Assembly (NCBI GenBank): GCA_030765455.1
Contig: JAVCCM010000166.1
Span: 55,835-119,834, forward strand
Source: Candidatus Electryonea clarkiae
GTDB taxonomy: Bacteria; Electryoneota; Electryoneia; Electryoneales; Electryoneaceae
Direction: 5' to 3'
DNA length: 64,000 nt
Made by a program: the position numbers and the translations under genes. The notes under the pieces were generated by a model. It worked only from the letters and a program-made list of their open reading frames with translations. It did no database searches and was not told the origin of the DNA. Shown in pieces: positions 58,972-64,000 of this stretch. How positions within the stretch are numbered: position 1 is the stretch's first letter; every line of letters starts with the position of its first letter.

Positions 58972-60429
58972 ATGAGCATTCCACGATTACGATTTGCACC
59001 AAGTCCTACAGGTTATCTCCATATTGGCGGCGCACGAACCGCTATCTTCAACTGGCTGCTTGCCAGGAAGCTGGGTGGGAAATTCCTGCTGAGAATTGAG
59101 GATACTGATAAATCCCGTTCGAAAAAAGAATACGAGGATGACATTCTGGACGCCATGCAATGGTTGAATATAGTTCCGGATGAAGAATTGCTGCGTCAGT
59201 CCAACCAGGGAAGCTTTTACCGGGAAGTAGTAGATGCCTTGATTCAAAGAGGAGCTGCTTATCGTGATTTTGTGTCTCCTGAAGAAACGGAAATGTTGAA
59301 AGCAGAGTCAATTAAAAGCGGTGTACAGGTTGCATTCAGAGGGATTCATCGGGATATGAATCAAGAAACTTCTGATCGACTGGTGGAAACCGGCGAGCCC
59401 TATGCAGTTCGTTTCAAGATTCCCGATGAATCAGTGGTTTTTCAGGATGGAGTACATGGCAAAGTAGAAGTACCTCCCGATTCCATTGAAGATTTTGTAA
59501 TCATGCGTCGTGATTTCACCCCAACTTATCAGGTCGCAGTGGTTTCAGATGATTTTCTCATGGGTATAACCCACGTTATCCGCGGGGATGATCATATTTC
59601 CAATACACCAAAGCAGACTTTGATTTATAAGGCAATGGGCTGGGAGCCACCTGAATTTATCCATGTTCCCTTGATTCTCGGACCGGACAAAAAACGACTC
59701 TCGAAACGTCATGGTGCATCTGCTGTAACTGAATATCGCGATAAGGGTTACCAGCCTGAAGCAATTTTTAATTTTCTTGCATTGCTTGGGTGGTCGCCTG
59801 GTGACGACAGGGAGAATATGACACCTGAGGAGATGATCGAAGCGTTCAGCATAAAAGGGATCAACCCTAAAAGCGCAGTTTTTGATGAGAAGAAATTAGA
59901 GTGGATGAATGGAGAATATCTTTCTAGGTTACCGGACGAGGTGCTTATTAAACAACTGCGTCCTGTCATAGCGGAAAAGGTTATTTCCGGTGAACTGCCG
60001 AAGGGTTGCGGCTCAATGCTTCCGGTGGCTGTAAAATTAATTAAGAGTCGAGCACGTGTTCCATTGGATATTATTGATAGAAACCTATATTTTTTTAAAG
60101 AACCGGAAACACTTGATCCCAAAGCCGCAAAGAAACGGCTGAAAGACCCGGAAACTCCTGAACGTCTTGAGGAGCTTGCCCGAAGGTTCGATGCGCTTAG
60201 CGATTTCAACGAAGAGACAACCGATGAGGTTTTAAGGACATATGCTGAGGAGCTGGAAGTAGGTTCAGGGAAATTGATTCATCCCACACGCCTCGCAGTC
60301 ACAGGAATTGGTGGTGGTCCGGGACTCTATGATGTATTAATTGCATTAGGGAAAGAAAAAGTTATTAATAGAATGAAGTGGCTTGCCGATCTCCTCCGGG
60401 AGAAAGGAACACCGCCGAATCTTTCATAG
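58972..60429 (+). CDS. gltX: glutamyl-tRNA synthetase
   Basis: PSPTGYLHIGGARTA (HIGH motif), KLSKRHG (KMSKS motif), 486 aa. Confidence 0.9.
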   Translation: MSIPRLRFAPSPTGYLHIGGARTAIFNWLLARKLGGKFLLRIEDTDKSRSKKEYEDDILDAMQWLNIVPDEELLRQSNQGSFYREVVDALIQRGAAYRDFVSPEETEMLKAESIKSGVQVAFRGIHRDMNQETSDRLVETGEPYAVRFKIPDESVVFQDGVHGKVEVPPDSIEDFVIMRRDFTPTYQVAVVSDDFLMGITHVIRGDDHISNTPKQTLIYKAMGWEPPEFIHVPLILGPDKKRLSKRHGASAVTEYRDKGYQPEAIFNFLALLGWSPGDDRENMTPEEMIEAFSIKGINPKSAVFDEKKLEWMNGEYLSRLPDEVLIKQLRPVIAEKVISGELPKGCGSMLPVAVKLIKSRARVPLDIIDRNLYFFKEPETLDPKAAKKRLKDPETPERLEELARRFDALSDFNEETTDEVLRTYAEELEVGSGKLIHPTRLAVTGIGGGPGLYDVLIALGKEKVINRMKWLADLLREKGTPPNLS

Positions 60430-60510
60430 ATAGCAATATTGACATTAAATGCTATGTCGTTTATGAAGCTGTTTCAAATCAACAGGTTATAGGTTAGAGT
60501 AAAGAATATT

Positions 60511-61692
60511 ATGCGGATAAAAAGCACATCAAAATTAGAAGAAGGTGAGGTTTTAGGCAAATCAGTATTCAATGAGCGATCTGAACTCATGCTCTCATCG
60601 GGTTATGTTCTTACTGAAGCGATGATTTCTCTTTTAAAACACAAGGGTTTTAACTATGTCTATATCATGGATGGAATCAGCAAGGATATAATCCCAGAGG
60701 AGGTTATTTCCGATGTGATTCGACAGGCAACAAATTCCAAGATTGCTAAAACTTTTGAAGGGGTTAAAAACAATCTTGCATTTGAAAAATTCGCCCCGGA
60801 AGAAATCAAAAAGCGCTTGGTCGAAGATGCAGAAATGCATAATATAGTTAAGATGACTGATGTTCGAGAACAGGTCGAGCAAATGCTTGAAGAAATTATC
60901 GATAATAATTTGACAATGTTCACCTCATTGCCCATGAAATCTGAGAGTGGAGCGGATTATGAACATGCATTTGATACATCTGTTCTGAGCATACTGATGG
61001 CTCAGGAATTCAAATATGATCAGCATGAAATGAAAACGATCGGCTCATCAGCAATGGTACATGACATTGGCAAAATGGCGTTTGGTGATATGGCGGAGAA
61101 AAAAGAGAGTGATCTCAGTCGGGACGAGAAAATGTTGCTCAGGGAACACCCGGTATATTCAATGTTGATTCTCCAGGGCAGTGAACCCGATGCTTTTGTT
61201 GAACACACAACAGTATTCCAACATCATGAACAGGTCAATGGAAAAGGGTATCCTCAAGGATTAAAAGGTATAAACAAGCCGCCGACCAAAAGCAGGGGAA
61301 ACGATAAGCGGTATATTTATCGCATGGCTGAAATTATTGCTGTCGCAAATGTATATGATAATCTAACCTCAGGTGCGCTTGACGGAACTATACGTACCCC
61401 GGAAGATGCAATTGTAGAAATAATCAACGGGGAAACGGGAGAATGGAACCAATCAGTGATAAAAAAACTCACCAAGGTAGTACAATGTTATCCAGTGGGT
61501 TCGACTGTTAGAATTAAAAATAATATATCAAATAAATATATTGATTATAGAGGAATAATTACCAAAGCCAACCCGAAGGATCAATCAAGACCAACTATTC
61601 TACTCACTAATAATTCACTGGGAGCGCCTATCATGCCGCGCCTTGTAGATTTTAAAGATGAGAAAGAAATGAGCATAAGGCTCGAACTATAA
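60511..61692 (+). CDS. HD-GYP-type metal-dependent phosphohydrolase (putative c-di-GMP phosphodiesterase)
   Basis: HDIGK metal site and HHEQVNGKGYP, matching the HD-GYP consensus HHE..DG.GYP with an Asn for Asp substitution. Confidence 0.65.
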   Translation: MRIKSTSKLEEGEVLGKSVFNERSELMLSSGYVLTEAMISLLKHKGFNYVYIMDGISKDIIPEEVISDVIRQATNSKIAKTFEGVKNNLAFEKFAPEEIKKRLVEDAEMHNIVKMTDVREQVEQMLEEIIDNNLTMFTSLPMKSESGADYEHAFDTSVLSILMAQEFKYDQHEMKTIGSSAMVHDIGKMAFGDMAEKKESDLSRDEKMLLREHPVYSMLILQGSEPDAFVEHTTVFQHHEQVNGKGYPQGLKGINKPPTKSRGNDKRYIYRMAEIIAVANVYDNLTSGALDGTIRTPEDAIVEIINGETGEWNQSVIKKLTKVVQCYPVGSTVRIKNNISNKYIDYRGIITKANPKDQSRPTILLTNNSLGAPIMPRLVDFKDEKEMSIRLEL

Positions 61693-61820
61693 TACAAGGG
61701 AATAATAGCGACCGACCTCAGTACACGTTTAATATAGTGATGAGATGTAACAATTTATATTTAGAGTCTCTGTTTTCCTTCATTGAACTATGTTAAGTAA
61801 TTTTAAAGGGAGTAACATAA

Positions 61821-62033
61821 ATGCCACTTAGCTCTGAACTACTGGAAATTCTTGTTTGTCCTGATACTAAGGCGAAACTTGTGCTTGACGGCGAGACGCT
61901 TGTCAGTACAGACAAAGAAACCCGGCGTCGTTACAGGATAGATAACGATATCCCGGTAATGCTCATTGAAGAGTCCGAAGTATTAGAGGTAGAAGAATGG
62001 GAAGAGATAATGCAAAAACACGGGAAGTCTTGA
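61821..62033 (+). CDS. Trm112/YcaR-family small protein
   Basis: LLEILVCPDTKAKL...DIPVMLIEES is typical of Trm112/DUF343, at 70 aa. Confidence 0.6.
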   Translation: MPLSSELLEILVCPDTKAKLVLDGETLVSTDKETRRRYRIDNDIPVMLIEESEVLEVEEWEEIMQKHGKS

Positions 62034-62041
62034 GCCTGGAC

Positions 62042-63007
62042 ATGGTCATGATCGCTCCTAACCAAAACAACAATAGGTGCAGTGAAACCACTTCGGTATT
62101 TTCGCTTATTATCTTTGTCGTATTTTTCATAGCCCACCCCTTAACAGGTTTTTCTAAAACCCCCGAATTTGATGGAAATTCTGCCTTTACTTTCCTTTAT
62201 AAACAATGCGCGATGGGACCTAGGATTCCTGGCAGTGAGACACATGCAAGTGCAGTTAAGGATTTTCAGGATTGGTTTGATCGTTGCGGTGGTTCAGTCA
62301 CCCTTCAAGAATTTAATGCAGATGTACATGTCAGCTATAAATCTGGAAGCGAAACGCAAGAGTTGGAAGGCATCAATGTAATCGCTCGTTTTGGTCCTGT
62401 CGGGCGTCCCGATTACCTACTTTGCGCACATTATGATACACGCCCCTGGGCGGATAAGGACGAAGATCCGGAAAACAGGATGACACCGATATCCGGAGCT
62501 AACGATGGTGCTTCCGGAGTAGCGGTCCTGCTCGAGATGGCACGGATATTTGCGGCTGAACCACCACCACTCACAATTGAAATCGTTTTATTCGATATTG
62601 AAGATTCCGGAGTTTCAGGTAATAATGAGAGCTATTGCCTCGGAAGCGCATATTATGCAAAGCATTATGCAGGCTCGGCGCCTCCAGGTGCAGTTTTGTT
62701 GGATATGATAGGTGATACCGACCTGGAAATTCCTATTGAATATTTCAGCTTTGCCTACGCGAAAGATTGGACAAATTATATGTTTGATCTTGCTGAGAAA
62801 GTAGGCTCAGAAGCATTTGTCGATGATATAGGTGTTCCGATGTATGATGATCATGTCAACCTTATCCGGAACGGAATTCCGACGGTCAATTTTATCGACT
62901 TCGATTATCCATATTGGCACACTCTCGAAGATACACCCGATAAATGTTCACCTGAATCACTCGAACAGGTTGGAAGAGTGCTGGTTGAATTGATATATGG
63001 CAACTGA
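62042..63007 (+). CDS. M28-family zinc enzyme resembling glutaminyl-peptide cyclotransferase, membrane-anchored
   Basis: ...LLCAHYDTRP...GANDGASGVAVLLEMARIF... parallels the QC/M28 metal-ligand blocks (recalled, not searched). N-terminal TM helix FSLIIFVVFFIA. Start at ATG 62042, which avoids overlap with the Trm112-like gene. Confidence 0.6.
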   Translation: MVMIAPNQNNNRCSETTSVFSLIIFVVFFIAHPLTGFSKTPEFDGNSAFTFLYKQCAMGPRIPGSETHASAVKDFQDWFDRCGGSVTLQEFNADVHVSYKSGSETQELEGINVIARFGPVGRPDYLLCAHYDTRPWADKDEDPENRMTPISGANDGASGVAVLLEMARIFAAEPPPLTIEIVLFDIEDSGVSGNNESYCLGSAYYAKHYAGSAPPGAVLLDMIGDTDLEIPIEYFSFAYAKDWTNYMFDLAEKVGSEAFVDDIGVPMYDDHVNLIRNGIPTVNFIDFDYPYWHTLEDTPDKCSPESLEQVGRVLVELIYGN

Positions 63008-63071
63008 AGAAGCCTGTCCTGGACAACCAGAACAAAAACTTACAAGGATGTACAGGATAAACAGGATTATT

Positions 63072-63102
63072 TCTTTGCGCCTTTGCGTCTTAGCGTGAGA
63101 AA
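63072..63102 (+). repeat. CTTTGCG direct-repeat motif copy D (tctttgcg-cctttgcg-tcttagcg-TGAGAAAA)
   Basis: Read directly. Lies between the convergent M28 gene and the nnr gene. Confidence 0.6.
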
Positions 63103-63212
63103 AAATCGAAGAGTAAGGATAAATTTGTATCTATACTTAATAATACTTCAATGATTTTCTAACGGGAAAACACAAATCACATAACTAAGATATCAAAGGA
63201 TCAAATAAATCA

Positions 63213-64000
63213 TTACTGGCAACCACAGGAACCATCATCATAGCCACAGTCACCATTTCCGCCTTCTCCGTCTCCACATGAACAATTCCCACCGCATCCG
63301 CCTTCATTCCCGGGATAACCTGCTCTTCCTGCGATAATATCCTGCGCCAGCGGCAGCCGTTCAACCACGTCTCCGGCTACAAGACCGGTGGCACCGAAAT
63401 CATTCGCAGCCAGGTCGCCGCCTAAACCATGTATGGAAACACCGGCAAGCGAGGCTTCAACAGGTGACAAGCCTTGAGCCATTAATCCGGCGATCACCCC
63501 GGTCAGCACATCGCCCATTCCTGCCGTTGCCATTCCGGGATTTCCTGCCAATACACCATATAAAGGTTGATCAGGAGTCGCGATTAAAGTAGGAACACCT
63601 TTTAATACGATAACAGCATTCCATTCAGAGGCAAATTTCTTGACAGTCTCGATCCTGTTATTCTCGATTTCTTCTATCGACATTCCGGTCAAACGCGAGA
63701 ATTCCCCTATGTGAGGGGTAAGTACTATTTCCGGGCTAAGTTTCTTCAGTAGTTCCTTGTTTTCTGCTAATGCATTAAGTCCGTCAGCATCTATGACAGT
63801 AGGCAATTCAAAATTTTCAGCATGCTCTTTGAACCATTGTACCGAATCGGGATTAAGCGATAAGCCAGGCCCGATCACTTCAATATCAGCCCAGGATTCC
63901 GCTTCACGGATGGTTGTCTCAGCTTCAGGTGCGATAGTTCCTTCCTCAGTATCTGCCACCGGGATAGTCATTACTTCTGCATTTCTTCCGGCAAGTGTAG
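63213..64000 (-). CDS. nnr: ADP-dependent NAD(P)H-hydrate dehydratase (YjeF C-terminal/Nnr domain), 5' end beyond the window, with an unusual Cys/Gly-rich C-terminal tail
   Basis: ...VLKGVPTLIATPD...GNPGMATAGMGDVLTGVIAG... are Nnr/YjeF_C signature blocks. The protein ends ...GGCGGNCSCGDGEGGNGDCGYDDGSCGCQ. Confidence 0.75.
   Translation of the reverse strand, partial: TLAGRNAEVMTIPVADTEEGTIAPEAETTIREAESWADIEVIGPGLSLNPDSVQWFKEHAENFELPTVIDADGLNALAENKELLKKLSPEIVLTPHIGEFSRLTGMSIEEIENNRIETVKKFASEWNAVIVLKGVPTLIATPDQPLYGVLAGNPGMATAGMGDVLTGVIAGLMAQGLSPVEASLAGVSIHGLGGDLAANDFGATGLVAGDVVERLPLAQDIIAGRAGYPGNEGGCGGNCSCGDGEGGNGDCGYDDGSCGCQ

Overview
This 64-kb window looks like it comes from an uncultivated FCB-superphylum bacterium (T9SS-bearing, Bacteroidota-like or Marinimicrobia-like); that is an inference from gene content, and GC looks moderate. 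Most of the window is an accessory island of large secreted proteins that end in a T9SS (Por-type) C-terminal sorting domain (YPNPFNP...GxYF...K). There are three such families. (i) Positions 1.3-13.4 kb hold a tandem array of four paralogs (CDS spans 1311-13369) with near-identical N- and C-terminal modules and hypervariable middles. (ii) Positions 22-32 kb hold three Asp-box/BNR-like paralogs with an LVIVD beta-propeller protein inserted among them. (iii) Positions 49-57 kb hold two FN3-rich paralogs flanking an FG-GAP/VCBS protein, and all three carry essentially the same C-terminal domain. Between these lie a CotH-kinase/lamin-tail/malectin T9SS protein and ordinary housekeeping genes: miaA, a UDP-glucuronate decarboxylase, lutABC, the yceD-rpmF-plsX-fabHDG-acpP-fabF-rnc cluster, an acyl-CoA dehydrogenase, asd, gltX, and two tRNA-Ser. 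Also present are an HD-GYP protein, a Trm112-like protein, an M28 glutaminyl-cyclase-like protein, an Nnr dehydratase with a Cys/Gly-rich tail, and an orphan Phd/YefM antitoxin. Four non-coding signals stand out: a CTTTGCG direct-repeat motif followed by TGAGAA, found in 6 copies in intergenic DNA; a 98-nt nested perfect inverted repeat; near-identical duplicated promoter and terminator modules around each paralog; and a family of GC-clamped terminator hairpins. No CRISPR array, integrase, transposase or reverse transcriptase is recognisable. The most promising system-level candidate is the mosaic T9SS cargo array, which may be a cassette or gene-conversion based surface-protein variation locus. 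Every functional call here rests on motif recognition by eye and has not been checked by search.
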